Part shown: piece by piece, positions 26,866-38,055 of the stretch
Numbering within the stretch: the stretch's first letter is position 1
Layout of the letters: each line of letters starts with the position of its first letter
Notes under the pieces: model-generated
What the model was told of the DNA's origin: nothing
The model's input: only the letters and a program-made list of their open reading frames with translations
Database searches by the model: none
Made by a program: the position numbers and the translations under genes
DNA from: a virus
Lineage: Duplodnaviria; Caudoviricetes
Length of the DNA stretch: 59,780 nucleotides
Reading direction: 5' to 3' (one strand)
Virus record (IMG/VR): IMGVR_UViG_3300025084_000023
Span: 1 to 59,780 of that record

Positions 26866-27663
26866 TTAAGGATAACTTTTCATTAACTCAGACTCAATAG
26901 CAAAAAGCTCACTAGCTGTGGTTACCGTGCTAGGAAGCGTAAGAGTTATCTCAGTATAATGCCCCATCACACCAAGCGATTCAGCCTGTGCATTTTTAAA
27001 GTACATAACAAAATCACTTGGACTTGGGAGTGTACCTCCTGTATTGTTTATTCTAATATAGTTAGTGATTATAGTATCACCATTACTCACTGCGGTAACA
27101 ACTCCGGCAAAAGAAAGGGTAGAGCCCGAACCTGCATATATTGAATCACCTACAGATAATTGGCTGTTAATGTCAACAGAAACAGCAAATCTTAAATCAG
27201 TTACTGAACCTCCACCGGCTAAAGAATTTACCTCACCAACACCACCATTAGCTCGTGACTTAAAGTCAGACTCAGTTAATGCACCGCCTGAAGCTGCACC
27301 ATTAGTCCGAACGTAAGCAAAGTAGTTACCTTCTTTTTTTACAAACGATGTGCTATCTATAGAGCTTGACTGAGCCGCTACATCTGTAAGTAGTTCAGCA
27401 GACCACGCGTCAGTAGACTCAAGATTAAGCGTTTTAAAGAGCTTATTATCTAGAGGCATCTCATTTATCACGGTCTTTATAGTAGACGTATACGTAGTGC
27501 CGTAATAGCTATTACGAGTCTCATTGGTATTATGCCTATATAGCTGACCATTCTTAAAGCTATAAAAGAAATTATTCATCCCTATCATATACTCAGGATT
27601 GTAGCTATAGAATGAAGGGAATCCTTTAGAACCTTCGCTGTATGTAAGTGTATAGTTTGGCAT
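26866..27663 (-). CDS. Tail structural protein
   Basis: YSEGSKGFPSFYSY, KLFKTLNLE, FVKKEGNYFAY, LFAIES motifs resemble the C-terminal part of tail stabilization proteins. Confidence 0.6.
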   Translation of the reverse strand: MPNYTLTYSEGSKGFPSFYSYNPEYMIGMNNFFYSFKNGQLYRHNTNETRNSYYGTTYTSTIKTVINEMPLDNKLFKTLNLESTDAWSAELLTDVAAQSSSIDSTSFVKKEGNYFAYVRTNGAASGGALTESDFKSRANGGVGEVNSLAGGGSVTDLRFAVSVDINSQLSVGDSIYAGSGSTLSFAGVVTAVSNGDTIITNYIRINNTGGTLPSPSDFVMYFKNAQAESLGVMGHYTEITLTLPSTVTTASELFAIESELMKSYP

Positions 27664-27672
27664 ATCTTTATT

Positions 27673-28710
27673 TTAACAATCTTCTACTTGACTAATTATC
27701 CCATCCTTTGAATAAAAAATGCACGTGTAATCCGGTATAGGTGTACCTTGGGTAGCTTCAGGGAAATCTATAGATAAAGCCTTCCACCAACCATCATCAA
27801 GTTTTTCATAATCAAGGCTGCTTGTACTACTAGCTATAAAAATATAATCTCCGTTTTTAAACTTACCGTCTACAGTTCCTCTAACTTTGCCGTGAACTAG
27901 TGTTCTGCCTCCAAGGCCTTTAGCGCAAGCCGAACCTTGAGTTGTACTAACAGTTGTACTTAAACTTGAGTTAAAGGTGTGTAAAGCAGTAGGGCACTCA
28001 ACATTAACCGTTGGTGTAGGACCACCACATGGATAGACTGCAATAACATCTATAGTGTCAAGCGCTGTGGTAGTCTTTGGTATATAAGTTACAATATCAC
28101 CAACAGTTGTTAATAGTCCGTTAGTAGGGTCTGTCATCTTGTTACTATACGAAAAGCTACTTGTAGTTCCGGTTGGCACAAACAAACCTGTATTTGGATT
28201 ATACTTATACTCAGGAAGTTCAGCACTTCCATTAGTCCAACCTTGACAAACCCTCATGCCGTTAACATAAAAATAACTAGGTACTAAGCTGTTAGGAGCT
28301 GTAATGACATTATTCTGAATACCTGCTAATCCTGTAGAAGAGAATGTGTTGTACGCTGCAGCTAAATCACCCGTACCTCTTATAGATATACCTATAGGGC
28401 TACCACTTGATTGAGTTATTCCTGAGATGGTAGCCTTTATAGCACCTCGAGAAGCATTCATCTTATAGTTAATACGACATTCAGATGCCGTCACAGGTTG
28501 TATTGTAATATTTTTTTCGCAATTAAATTCACCGCACGCAGGGCAGTCTTCCACAGGAAGTAAACCAATGCCTGTTACTTGTCTTCTAACAACTAAGCCG
28601 TCAGAATAATAACCATCTGCAGCAAAAGTGGTTAAAGCACTTGTTGTGTAAACCGCAGTTGAGCTCTGAAGATTAGCTCCGTCTAAAAAAAAATCTGAAT
28701 ATTCTGCCAT
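27673..28710 (-). CDS. Putative tail/virion protein
   Basis: Thr/Ser/Cys-rich, AADGYYSDG motif; within the tail block. Confidence 0.55.
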   Translation of the reverse strand: MAEYSDFFLDGANLQSSTAVYTTSALTTFAADGYYSDGLVVRRQVTGIGLLPVEDCPACGEFNCEKNITIQPVTASECRINYKMNASRGAIKATISGITQSSGSPIGISIRGTGDLAAAYNTFSSTGLAGIQNNVITAPNSLVPSYFYVNGMRVCQGWTNGSAELPEYKYNPNTGLFVPTGTTSSFSYSNKMTDPTNGLLTTVGDIVTYIPKTTTALDTIDVIAVYPCGGPTPTVNVECPTALHTFNSSLSTTVSTTQGSACAKGLGGRTLVHGKVRGTVDGKFKNGDYIFIASSTSSLDYEKLDDGWWKALSIDFPEATQGTPIPDYTCIFYSKDGIISQVEDC

Positions 28711-28725
28711 TTTTTATTTTAATTA

Positions 28726-31700
28726 TTAACAATCACAATTTACAATCTCTATAGTAATGTCTGTAGCACCTACAGGAGTGTAAGTTGGATATATACTTGA
28801 ACACGTTACAATAGATTGATTAGTAAAAAGTTCACTAGCCCCATCTGAGACCAATACTTCTATAGTGCTAGTACCGTTGTTGGTAATTCTATAAGTGGTA
28901 TCTACAGCAGCGTTACAAGCACACTCACAGCAAACAGCCTCTAATCCTGTTGATGTAATATCCGAGTCATAACATAACAAAGTTTCATTTGCTGCTCTTA
29001 AATCCCAAACTAAATACAATATCTTATTACTGCCCGTTATAGTAGGTAAATCAAACGTATCAACAAAAGTAGGGTTTACACCTGTAGGGGTAGCTGAGTT
29101 AGCCGCAGGAATAGCATTTAATAAGTTACGTAGCCCTGTCTGATTGTTTGCATAATCTATTGGGGTTACAAGGAACTTAAATTTATCAAGCCTATCGCCT
29201 GTATTTCTAACATTATATGTATCACTTGAATACTTAAAAGTAGACATATCCATAGTGGCACCGCTAAATGGTATAATTCCGTGACCTTGGAATCCATCAT
29301 ATATTACATATGAAGATGCAAAAGGTGGTTGAGCATTTTGTACAAAATTAGACACCTGAGTAGGACCTGACACCAAACCTTCAACACCCGAACCAACTCT
29401 GTATGTCCAACGATAATGTATTGACTTACCTTCATCTTCATTATTCGTAAGAACAATAGCTCTAACCTGAAGTGCATTAGCCGTTGGGCATATAGATGTC
29501 ACTGACACAACAGGTTTATCTTCAGCATTAACTTTAGATATAGTGATTGTAAGCTCGTTAGGGAATATTAAATTCTTTACAAAAGTAGGGGAATAAGTAG
29601 ATGGAACTACCTCAGAAAATTGCTGAACTCCGTTCCAAGTCCCTGTAACATTAACCGATGCGGTAGTACTAAACTGAGTTGTTACCGTACCAATATCATC
29701 AGATAAATTAATAACATAAGATATTGAGTCCTCAGTATCAAGAGTGATTGTATTTGAAGAACCACAAGGTATAGATTCAATTTTTTGAGGTAATAATACA
29801 TCGTTGCTAGATAGAACGTACTCATTCATATAGGGGTCGTAGCCACCTAATTTTTGAGTATTAAAACTATCTTGAAATAAATCTCTAAACCATCCACGCA
29901 TACCATACTCCGATATAACATTTAACTGCTCGTTAGAAGCACTGCTTCCTTTAAGCTGTATTAAAGAACCTCTCTTAGCATCAGTAAAAAACTTATCAAC
30001 TCCATATGAAACGAAACTCTCAGTGTTGTCACTAATACCAAAGTCTTCAATTCTAGCTATCTGCTTACCTAACACCTCAGGCACTGACGTAAGAACATCT
30101 CCCCCTGATGCGTCTGACAATAAGTTCTTGCCCGATAGAACGTACGAAATCTTATCCTCTTGCAATGCAAGTATGTCAGTCTCACGAGCAAACATTTTAT
30201 TGATAGGCCCAAAAGAAGCCTCAAGTGGCTTAAAGTTTAGCAGCCCTAAGTTAAATTCGTTAAGTCTATTTAAGTTGGTTTCATCGTTATATAAGCCACT
30301 ATATGTTATATCAGAACTTCTATGAGCTCTCTTGTAATCCTGTTCTGAAACAGTTGTTACACGATTACCTATACTCATCTCCTTCCCCTTAATAGAGTCT
30401 CTAATCTTGTAGCTCTCAGCACCATTACCAAATGAATAGCAGTTAGCAAAATTCAAATTAAATATACCATCAACAGATGAGGTTTGATTGGTATCTCCTG
30501 TAATGTTAGACTCGTGAAAACCTAATGCAGATACAGGGTATGAGTCCTGACCTTCATACCAAACATCAGGTAAAGACTCTGATGGCTCAGTTTCAAATAT
30601 AACAGTACCGTCAGATAATATAATCTTAAAAGATGCTTTTATCTTAGCCCTACCGCTTGAACTATAGCTACTTGATGGACAAGCATCAAACCCTCTAATT
30701 AAAAACTTTATTTCATTAAGAGTGGCAGAGTCAGTACTTTTAAACCAAGCAAAGTTTACTTTGGTATTACCTGATGTAGTAGTACCATTCCTCCAATTCG
30801 TAATATTTGTTTGTTCTTGAGTATCGTAATCAAAAGAAATTCCGCTACTAGTATTTGCAGATGAGAACGTAGAAGCTATATTGTCACCGTTAAACCAATC
30901 AATAATATCATCATAGTTATCTGAAGCTGTAAATGTTCTATTAAATTTAAAGTAAAGATAATCACAAGATTGAGTAAAGTTAGTAGACGCATTCCTATAT
31001 AAATTAAGATTCATCTCTATTGAAGAACCTTGAGGTATAGCGTAATTACTAAACGTATTATTTGCTATACTCTCTTCAAAGTTTTTATAATCTAAAAAAG
31101 TAGGTGCTGCGTTAACTGAAGATGGTGATTCTTGCGAACCGGGATTTACATAACTATTCTCCTCAAGACTTGTAGAAAAATTAGAAGGTTGTATTTTCAT
31201 ATACGTACCTGCAGGTAGCGTTACATTAGGGTCGGTTGTTATTATATCTCCTTCAGCTAAAGTAACCTTCTCAAGAACGGTTGCGTATAAGCAACTATCT
31301 GAAGGGCCTGATGCTGACCTTTTTACAATATATCTATCACCCTCTTCAACCTTAGCTATGTTTTCTCCTTCTAATTTAAAATAGGTAAAACTTGTACCCG
31401 CTTCCTCAAAGTATAATTGAGAGTATATAGTCTCGTAATCTTCACCATCAGGTTTTATTACAAACTTAAATCTTTTAGCAAAATCAGGAGCTATTTGAGA
31501 TGTAGGCATTGTAAGTTTAATAGTATTTTTATTTATACTATTAGCACACGGTATGTATATATTGTTGTTATTACTAACTAAAGCTGTTGAAGCTCTATTA
31601 AACTCATCCATATAAACAATACCAACTTCATATCCTCTATTGCTATGTAAACTTAAAGAGCTGCCTATTTCTGAATACGAGAAGTCAATGTTTGTTAAAT

Positions 31701-33396
31701 TAAAAAGCTCGTAAACTGTATTGGATGTTGATGGAGCCGAAGTATCTGTAGTATAACCCATAGTTATAACAGATAAATTTAAAACAAATGAACCTGTGGA
31801 TGCAGTAACTAATATAGGTTCTCCTGCCGTAGCTATACCGCTTTCAAATTTATTGTATGAACCTATTTCAGTTAGTAATGAATCGTTTATTATATCTGTA
31901 AAAGTAGAACCTGTCCCTGAAAGAGCTACTGTTTTAATATTACTTGCCGTACCCATTTTCTCTTGAAAATCAATACTATTAACTAACTCAGATACGCTAT
32001 TAAAATCTTGTAAAAGAGTATAATTAAACGCAACTGTAGTAGGAGGGTTTATACTTGTGGGAATAGGGGCACTCGGAGTTGAAGGCTCCCAATCATCGTG
32101 TTCAATTGTAAAGCTAAGTGTAAGATTACCTCCTGCTTTTAATTCTGTTATTTCACTAAGATTTACTTCTACTCTACCACTAGACTCTTCTGCGTTTGCT
32201 AAAATATATTCTTGCCCGTCTAAAGGAACATCAAAAGTAGTTATTGGTGTAAGCCCAAACGACTTACTAATTGACTCAATATAATAATCAAATTTAGTTT
32301 TTACACCATCACGCTTTAAATCATACCCGTCAACATAATTACCATACATAAGTCTATTTCCCATAAGGGTCTGACTTTTAGCTAATAAAGGTACATTATC
32401 GTAAAGTCTTAATATCTCACCACTTGAAAGTATCGTAAATATTTTACTGTCTTCAAAAGTATATTGTTGGTCTGTATTATTAGGAAGCGTAGTTGCATCT
32501 ATAGATTCAATTACTTTTATAATATTAGATGATGATTCTTTAAATAATATCTCTACCTCAACAACCTCACTACCTCCTGTGTTATACGTAAGAGTAGCTC
32601 CGTTTTTTGAGTTGACCATCCCTTCATTTAAAAAGTTATCTGAAGATAGTGAAAATGGTTGAGGAACAAAACTAGGGTTTGTGAATTGAGACGTGGCTGA
32701 GTACTCGTTGTTTTTATATTTATACCTATAAGAAAAACAGATAAACCTTTCTTGCATAAACGTATCTAAAGAACCTGTAACTGTATTTATAACAGATGGA
32801 GCATATGACGGTGGTTTAACTACAACAAGAATATCATTGTAGTGAAAGTTATCCACCCCACCAATACTCGCAGGGTAAGCATACGAATCGTTTACATTAA
32901 TTTTTCTAGGAGGGTTGTAGTTATCTGTAAAAAATAATAAATCACCAATTTTATTTACATTAGATATAAGATGTGATGGACTAAAGTTTAAGGTAGTATT
33001 AGTCGTGTCTTCAGAGTTCTTAAAACTTTTTACGTGGTATCTTAAGTTAAATGTTTTAGTGTTAAATGATACTATTAAATCAGCCTTACCTGTAGATGTC
33101 GATGTAGAATTGCTGTCGTGTATAAACCAATATATAGTTTCATTTACACCATCTTCAAAAGCTCCTATACATCGAGCGTTTGAACTAAGATTATAAGTGG
33201 TAGAACCGAAAATACCTAGATTTACTGAAGTTAAAATAGTGTTACCCTTTGAGTTTTCTACAGAACCAATCTCCGAATCCTCAGTAGAACCAAGGCGTAC
33301 GTTCATTGCATCAATATACTGACCGTTAGGCACAAGTCTCTCGTCAAGCGACTTGTTCATCTTACCCGCTATAAAATTTCTTTTACTATTAGCCAT
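28726..33396 (-). CDS. Tail stabilization (nozzle/muzzle-like) protein
   Basis: GKMNKSLDERLVPNGQYIDAMN N-terminus, GNRLMYGNY, LGGYDPY; 1556 aa. Confidence 0.75.
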   Translation of the reverse strand: MANSKRNFIAGKMNKSLDERLVPNGQYIDAMNVRLGSTEDSEIGSVENSKGNTILTSVNLGIFGSTTYNLSSNARCIGAFEDGVNETIYWFIHDSNSTSTSTGKADLIVSFNTKTFNLRYHVKSFKNSEDTTNTTLNFSPSHLISNVNKIGDLLFFTDNYNPPRKINVNDSYAYPASIGGVDNFHYNDILVVVKPPSYAPSVINTVTGSLDTFMQERFICFSYRYKYKNNEYSATSQFTNPSFVPQPFSLSSDNFLNEGMVNSKNGATLTYNTGGSEVVEVEILFKESSSNIIKVIESIDATTLPNNTDQQYTFEDSKIFTILSSGEILRLYDNVPLLAKSQTLMGNRLMYGNYVDGYDLKRDGVKTKFDYYIESISKSFGLTPITTFDVPLDGQEYILANAEESSGRVEVNLSEITELKAGGNLTLSFTIEHDDWEPSTPSAPIPTSINPPTTVAFNYTLLQDFNSVSELVNSIDFQEKMGTASNIKTVALSGTGSTFTDIINDSLLTEIGSYNKFESGIATAGEPILVTASTGSFVLNLSVITMGYTTDTSAPSTSNTVYELFNLTNIDFSYSEIGSSLSLHSNRGYEVGIVYMDEFNRASTALVSNNNNIYIPCANSINKNTIKLTMPTSQIAPDFAKRFKFVIKPDGEDYETIYSQLYFEEAGTSFTYFKLEGENIAKVEEGDRYIVKRSASGPSDSCLYATVLEKVTLAEGDIITTDPNVTLPAGTYMKIQPSNFSTSLEENSYVNPGSQESPSSVNAAPTFLDYKNFEESIANNTFSNYAIPQGSSIEMNLNLYRNASTNFTQSCDYLYFKFNRTFTASDNYDDIIDWFNGDNIASTFSSANTSSGISFDYDTQEQTNITNWRNGTTTSGNTKVNFAWFKSTDSATLNEIKFLIRGFDACPSSSYSSSGRAKIKASFKIILSDGTVIFETEPSESLPDVWYEGQDSYPVSALGFHESNITGDTNQTSSVDGIFNLNFANCYSFGNGAESYKIRDSIKGKEMSIGNRVTTVSEQDYKRAHRSSDITYSGLYNDETNLNRLNEFNLGLLNFKPLEASFGPINKMFARETDILALQEDKISYVLSGKNLLSDASGGDVLTSVPEVLGKQIARIEDFGISDNTESFVSYGVDKFFTDAKRGSLIQLKGSSASNEQLNVISEYGMRGWFRDLFQDSFNTQKLGGYDPYMNEYVLSSNDVLLPQKIESIPCGSSNTITLDTEDSISYVINLSDDIGTVTTQFSTTASVNVTGTWNGVQQFSEVVPSTYSPTFVKNLIFPNELTITISKVNAEDKPVVSVTSICPTANALQVRAIVLTNNEDEGKSIHYRWTYRVGSGVEGLVSGPTQVSNFVQNAQPPFASSYVIYDGFQGHGIIPFSGATMDMSTFKYSSDTYNVRNTGDRLDKFKFLVTPIDYANNQTGLRNLLNAIPAANSATPTGVNPTFVDTFDLPTITGSNKILYLVWDLRAANETLLCYDSDITSTGLEAVCCECACNAAVDTTYRITNNGTSTIEVLVSDGASELFTNQSIVTCSSIYPTYTPVGATDITIEIVNCDC

Positions 33397-33397
33397 A

Positions 33398-34321
33398 CTA
33401 CTTAATCCACTTGTTTTGTCCTCTTAGATTCATAAGCAATCTACCCGGATGTATGTTACTGATTCTTATCTTTGCATTACGTAGAAGCGATGACTTCTTT
33501 TTTCTTGCTCTATTTACAATATACTCCTGAACGCCTAACTTACTATCTAAGATAGAGTATTGGATGTATGCGTACACGTACTCCTCAAACAATTTATTAA
33601 CTGTTATAAGTGAGTTGTCACCACCCTCCATACCATCAGATACATACTCTACTATAACACTCTTACCTGACATCGTAGAATCAAAATTAATAACCCCTGC
33701 CTTCGAATCTATTCTAAAGGTAGGGTTAGCATTAGCCGTCTCCGTATTAAGACCGTAGCGAGCTCCTATTGCAAAATCAAAGTACCACATACCATCACAG
33801 CAATAACCTTCTGCGTTGTTGTATGCGCTATTCTCATTCAAGTATATCGTCTTCTTAGTACCTGTAATTCTATCAACGTCAATTGGTGAAAACTCAGGCT
33901 TTAATACACTGCCCGATTCGTCAAATAATATCTTAGCATTATTATCTTGCAAGTATGCTTGTGCTGATGTTAACTGAATATTCTCAGTCATTGGATATAG
34001 TACACCATTCTCATACAGAGAAACACGAACCCAATTAACATAGTCTGAAGGCAACACGAATCGTACTGCATCATTCACTGTAAGTTGAAGGGTTTTAATC
34101 TCCTTAAACGCATCGTAGTTAAGCTCCTGCACTGCACGCTTAGCGTGAAATAGAATCTTAAATCGGTCCTCGTTATTCACTAGAGAGTGGTTTCCTTGAT
34201 ACATCAACATAAAGTTGTTGACTATATCCTTTAGACTAACGTATTGGTATGAACCCCAATTAGCATCCTCAGGATTTGCTCCTGAATTTTCGTAGTATTG
34301 ATACTGAGATATATATGCCAT
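33398..34321 (-). CDS. Tail adaptor/ring structural protein
   Basis: Position upstream of the stabilization protein; FVLPSDYVNWVR. Confidence 0.6.
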   Translation of the reverse strand: MAYISQYQYYENSGANPEDANWGSYQYVSLKDIVNNFMLMYQGNHSLVNNEDRFKILFHAKRAVQELNYDAFKEIKTLQLTVNDAVRFVLPSDYVNWVRVSLYENGVLYPMTENIQLTSAQAYLQDNNAKILFDESGSVLKPEFSPIDVDRITGTKKTIYLNENSAYNNAEGYCCDGMWYFDFAIGARYGLNTETANANPTFRIDSKAGVINFDSTMSGKSVIVEYVSDGMEGGDNSLITVNKLFEEYVYAYIQYSILDSKLGVQEYIVNRARKKKSSLLRNAKIRISNIHPGRLLMNLRGQNKWIK

Positions 34322-35034
34322 TATTGTTGTAAGTTATTTTGTTGTTCTTCTCCCTGTGCGTACTGCACCACCATCGCTTCACGTATCTCAACACCTGCGT
34401 ACTGACATATCTTTACAACCAAATCATTTAGGTTGTCAAGCGGTAGCTCAAAGTCTTGATAATCACTTGCAGATGGATTGAATACAGGACCTTGCGCTTG
34501 TAAAGCTATACTATAAGTCCATTTAGGTGTTAAAGGGTATCTAACGTACTGAGCTGATATATCGTTAGCACCATTAAATGTACTAGGATAAATTGTCATT
34601 ACAGAGCCTTCAGTCGTGTATGCAGGAAAATCAACGCTAGGTGCTGTAAGTAATGAAGCGTTAAGCATTGTAATCTTTGACTGACTAACCCTTTCAGCTT
34701 CTCCTTTAAACGCACCACCACTTGAACAAAGTACCTTATTGATTAAGTAATAATCTGAAGGCATTGTGTATGTATTAGTAGCAACTTGAACTAACGAAGC
34801 TGTCTTTGAAAATAAATCAATAGTCTCTTGTATTCCTTTAGATAAGTTAGCATACTCAGTTCCTGACCTACGTGCATTCTCTAAGTTAAGCTGTGTGTTG
34901 TATTGGTAAAAACAATCCTCAAATATCTCTAACTGTGCTTGTTGTGCATACAGGTTAAAGTCTGATGGGGAAAGGTATCCATAGTTATTCTTATTAAGTA
35001 TAGCAAGGACTGTATTTCTTACTGCATTTATCAT
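34321..35034 (-). CDS. Tail tubular/ring protein
   Basis: LNKNNYGYLSPSDFN..AQ...YVRYP..PKW pattern. Confidence 0.65.
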   Translation of the reverse strand: MINAVRNTVLAILNKNNYGYLSPSDFNLYAQQAQLEIFEDCFYQYNTQLNLENARRSGTEYANLSKGIQETIDLFSKTASLVQVATNTYTMPSDYYLINKVLCSSGGAFKGEAERVSQSKITMLNASLLTAPSVDFPAYTTEGSVMTIYPSTFNGANDISAQYVRYPLTPKWTYSIALQAQGPVFNPSASDYQDFELPLDNLNDLVVKICQYAGVEIREAMVVQYAQGEEQQNNLQQ

Positions 35035-35049
35035 CTTAAAATCTTTTCA

Positions 35050-35057
35050 CAAATATA
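35050..35057 (-). promoter_or_regulatory. -7 promoter box TATATTTG
   Basis: CAAATATA on +, 16 nt upstream of ATG 35034. Confidence 0.6.
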
Positions 35058-35060
35058 CGC

Positions 35061-35091
35061 AAAAAAAAAGAGCCCTATAAAAGAGCTCTTT
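35061..35091 (-). terminator. Intrinsic terminator
   Basis: On the - strand, AAAGAGCTC-tttta-TAGGGCTC followed by T9. Confidence 0.7.
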
Positions 35092-35113
35092 AGTAGTTTG
35101 TTTGCTTGCTGTA

Positions 35114-36613
35114 TTAGCTTGCAACTATATCAGTTATAAGCACCGGAGGAGTTATCTCTAAGACCTCAGCAGTATTATTGCTATTCGCTAAACGAATGAT
35201 ACTGTCTTGGAAGAAGTTTCTCATCTGCACTCTTGAAGATGCGGATGCACCTGCGTAAGTTATAGTAAGATTGTCAGCTCCATCAGTAAGTCCGTTGTTT
35301 ATTACAACAGTATTGTCTGTTGGTGCACTTACCATTGATACATTATCAACTCCGATAAGCTTTGGTTGGTTCACAACCTCTTGAACTGATGCAGAGTCAA
35401 GGGTTATTTCATAATCCTCACTATCGTTAAGGGTACTAAGAACAAAAACCGTTTGGTATGATGTCGTTTTAAACCTAAACTCATTCTCACCGAGCTTTAA
35501 ATCTTTAAGTTCAATAAAGCTTGTACCCGTCCATACTCTAAAGTTTATACCCTCAGTAAAAGAGAGTACATTAAATTTTAACAAAACTTCAGTACCTGAA
35601 GAGTATGCGCTAGTATTACCATATACTTTAGTATCCTGCCCGGTCATAGTCAGGTTGCTATTACTAAAGGTAATTCCTTCTTGAGCTTCACCCTGTGGCC
35701 TTTCCCACCCATAAGCAAACTGATTGGTTGCTTGTAATGATATACCTGCGTAGTTTGTTTGTTTAGAACCAAGTCTATCGCCTGCGTAAAATGAAATAAG
35801 TGTGTTATTAGAGAGGGCAGTAAAAACAAAATCAACCGAGCCGCCTGTAGTATCAACATTAAATGAAACTACTCCTATAGAATTATTAGCTAAATCACCT
35901 GTAACGCTGTCAATCTTAAGCCTGTACTCAGCACCTGCAATTGTAGGAACTACTAAAATAACAGCTTGATTTGTTGCACTAGATACACACTCTAGAATAT
36001 TTGACTCAACATTTGCAGATGATAAAGTAGAAGATAGCCATTGTGAAGACACAGTAGTTACAGCAGTACCGTCAGCTATAGCTGTAAAATTACCGTTACT
36101 TACACGTTCAACAATACCTGTTTCTTTAACAGACACATTATCAAACTCCATATATTCTCCTGATACAACTGTTCCATTTTTTATTAATAAATACAAGTCT
36201 TGAGTTGCAGTTGCAGTAAAAATGTAACTATGAATCCCATTTGTTTGAAACTTAGTTCCACCCAAAACATCACCTGTATTAAATGTTGTTCCTAAAAAAA
36301 GTTGAGATTGTGCATTTGAAGACGTTCCTTGAAAACTTTCATATTTTATCTCATACGTTTTACCTGAAACTACTGATAACGTAGGTGCTCCATTAATAGA
36401 TGTAAATCCTGCAGCAGTTCCATCTCCATTTGTTACACGGATTTTATCATTAACAATACTTAATTCTACTGCAGGGTCATTGCCGGCCCAACCCGATAAC
36501 CCTGATGAGAAATCACCGTTTGTTACCAATTCAGGACCGTACTCCTCAAAAGAACCATTACTCAGGACCTCAGGTCCCAAGTATGATTTATTTAGTTTTA
36601 AAAAATTTGCCAT
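35114..36613 (-). CDS. Virion protein with repeated carbohydrate-binding-like (NGxF) modules
   Basis: EVLSNGSF, ELVTNGDF, ERVSNGNF ... DNVSVKE modules. Confidence 0.6.
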   Translation of the reverse strand: MANFLKLNKSYLGPEVLSNGSFEEYGPELVTNGDFSSGLSGWAGNDPAVELSIVNDKIRVTNGDGTAAGFTSINGAPTLSVVSGKTYEIKYESFQGTSSNAQSQLFLGTTFNTGDVLGGTKFQTNGIHSYIFTATATQDLYLLIKNGTVVSGEYMEFDNVSVKETGIVERVSNGNFTAIADGTAVTTVSSQWLSSTLSSANVESNILECVSSATNQAVILVVPTIAGAEYRLKIDSVTGDLANNSIGVVSFNVDTTGGSVDFVFTALSNNTLISFYAGDRLGSKQTNYAGISLQATNQFAYGWERPQGEAQEGITFSNSNLTMTGQDTKVYGNTSAYSSGTEVLLKFNVLSFTEGINFRVWTGTSFIELKDLKLGENEFRFKTTSYQTVFVLSTLNDSEDYEITLDSASVQEVVNQPKLIGVDNVSMVSAPTDNTVVINNGLTDGADNLTITYAGASASSRVQMRNFFQDSIIRLANSNNTAEVLEITPPVLITDIVAS

Positions 36614-36614
36614 C

Positions 36615-37934
36615 TTATGAAAGTGTTATTGCTATTGTTACCAATAGTTGATTATATTTATGGTCTCTAAACTCATTAAGAGGAATGTCTAACCTACTAG
36701 CTGTTGCTGACTGAGAATTTAATCTCTGAACAAACCTCTCAATCACGTCAGCCACAAAGTACGTGTTGACCGCATCGTTAAGTTGTGTTAGAGTTACCTT
36801 GTCAGCCTGAGGACCTGCAGCAAACCAAAATGATGATTGGATAGGTACACTCGTAGCTTCGTCATACTCAGACATAATGTAGTTATCTATCCGAAGAATC
36901 TGATTCCCTCTTGTATCACCATTAGGTGCAAATATAAAAAACGCATCTCCTGCATCTGAAAGAATATCGTTAGATAATAACAACGTGTTATTGTCAAGCA
37001 CTTGCAAAACAACAGCCTCGGTATCATCGTCAGAGTTAAACACTACATCACCAACCTTACATTGCTTTAAGAAATCACCACTTACTACCTGTAGATAGTT
37101 GTACTGAACCTCTTTAACTGTAATACCACTTAATGTAAATGTTAAAGCGTTAGTCCCTGAAACGAATCTTAAATCAGGAGATGTGCTTTGGTCTTCATCA
37201 TAAACAGAGTTAAACAAGTTACTACCATTAGTACTCCTAAACTTTAAGTCAGTTCCAACCTGACCAAATGCCCCTGTACTACTAATACCTGCAGTGTTTG
37301 CTTGACTCATATTAGATAAGGTAAATCCTACTTGATATGACTTACCGTCTACAAGCTGTGAAGTTACATTAGGTACTAAATAGTCAGTACTAGTAGCCAC
37401 ACCTCTAGAAGCTGACGAACCATTTAAAGTCCAACCATTTCCTGCGGTAAAGTTTGCAGGAATATAATCACTAGAAACTATCTCCTTACCTAAAACATAC
37501 GGTACTTCTTTTACGGATACATTCGAAATAGAACCTGCAAAAGTGCCATCAGATGCTCTTAAATTTAATATATCATAATTTCCACTAGCATTAACAACTT
37601 CTGTATATGTACCATCTACACTTCTTGCAGTTGTGTCTAAAACACCATCTCCTCCTAATCTAATTAAAAATGAACCTGCTGAAACATCTAAAGTATATGT
37701 AATAATATATCTTTTACCACTTACAAAAGAGACATCTTGAGATGCACTTGTAGTCCCACTTTGAGCAGTTCTAGTTATTCTATTGTTTACTTCATCTATA
37801 TCCCAACCTGCACCCTCTGTCCAATCAGAATTAGTTGCAAAATCTCCATTAGTAACCAACTCCGGTGACCCGTAGGTTGGAGTGACTGTCGTACCGCTTG
37901 CCACCTGAAGTGGTATTCCTAAATACTTTGCCAT
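36615..37934 (-). CDS. Virion protein with carbohydrate-binding-like modules
   Basis: ELVTNGDFAT...ISNVSVKEV module. Confidence 0.6.
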   Translation of the reverse strand: MAKYLGIPLQVASGTTVTPTYGSPELVTNGDFATNSDWTEGAGWDIDEVNNRITRTAQSGTTSASQDVSFVSGKRYIITYTLDVSAGSFLIRLGGDGVLDTTARSVDGTYTEVVNASGNYDILNLRASDGTFAGSISNVSVKEVPYVLGKEIVSSDYIPANFTAGNGWTLNGSSASRGVATSTDYLVPNVTSQLVDGKSYQVGFTLSNMSQANTAGISSTGAFGQVGTDLKFRSTNGSNLFNSVYDEDQSTSPDLRFVSGTNALTFTLSGITVKEVQYNYLQVVSGDFLKQCKVGDVVFNSDDDTEAVVLQVLDNNTLLLSNDILSDAGDAFFIFAPNGDTRGNQILRIDNYIMSEYDEATSVPIQSSFWFAAGPQADKVTLTQLNDAVNTYFVADVIERFVQRLNSQSATASRLDIPLNEFRDHKYNQLLVTIAITLS

Positions 37935-38055
37935 AGGCTTAAGTCTAAGTTATTTATAAATTTAACCATCTTCTTTTTTTTGTTTTAACTACATAAATGA
38001 TTAATAATGTCACAAAGATAGCAAAAAAAAAGGAAGCATTTCTGCCTCCCTTTCA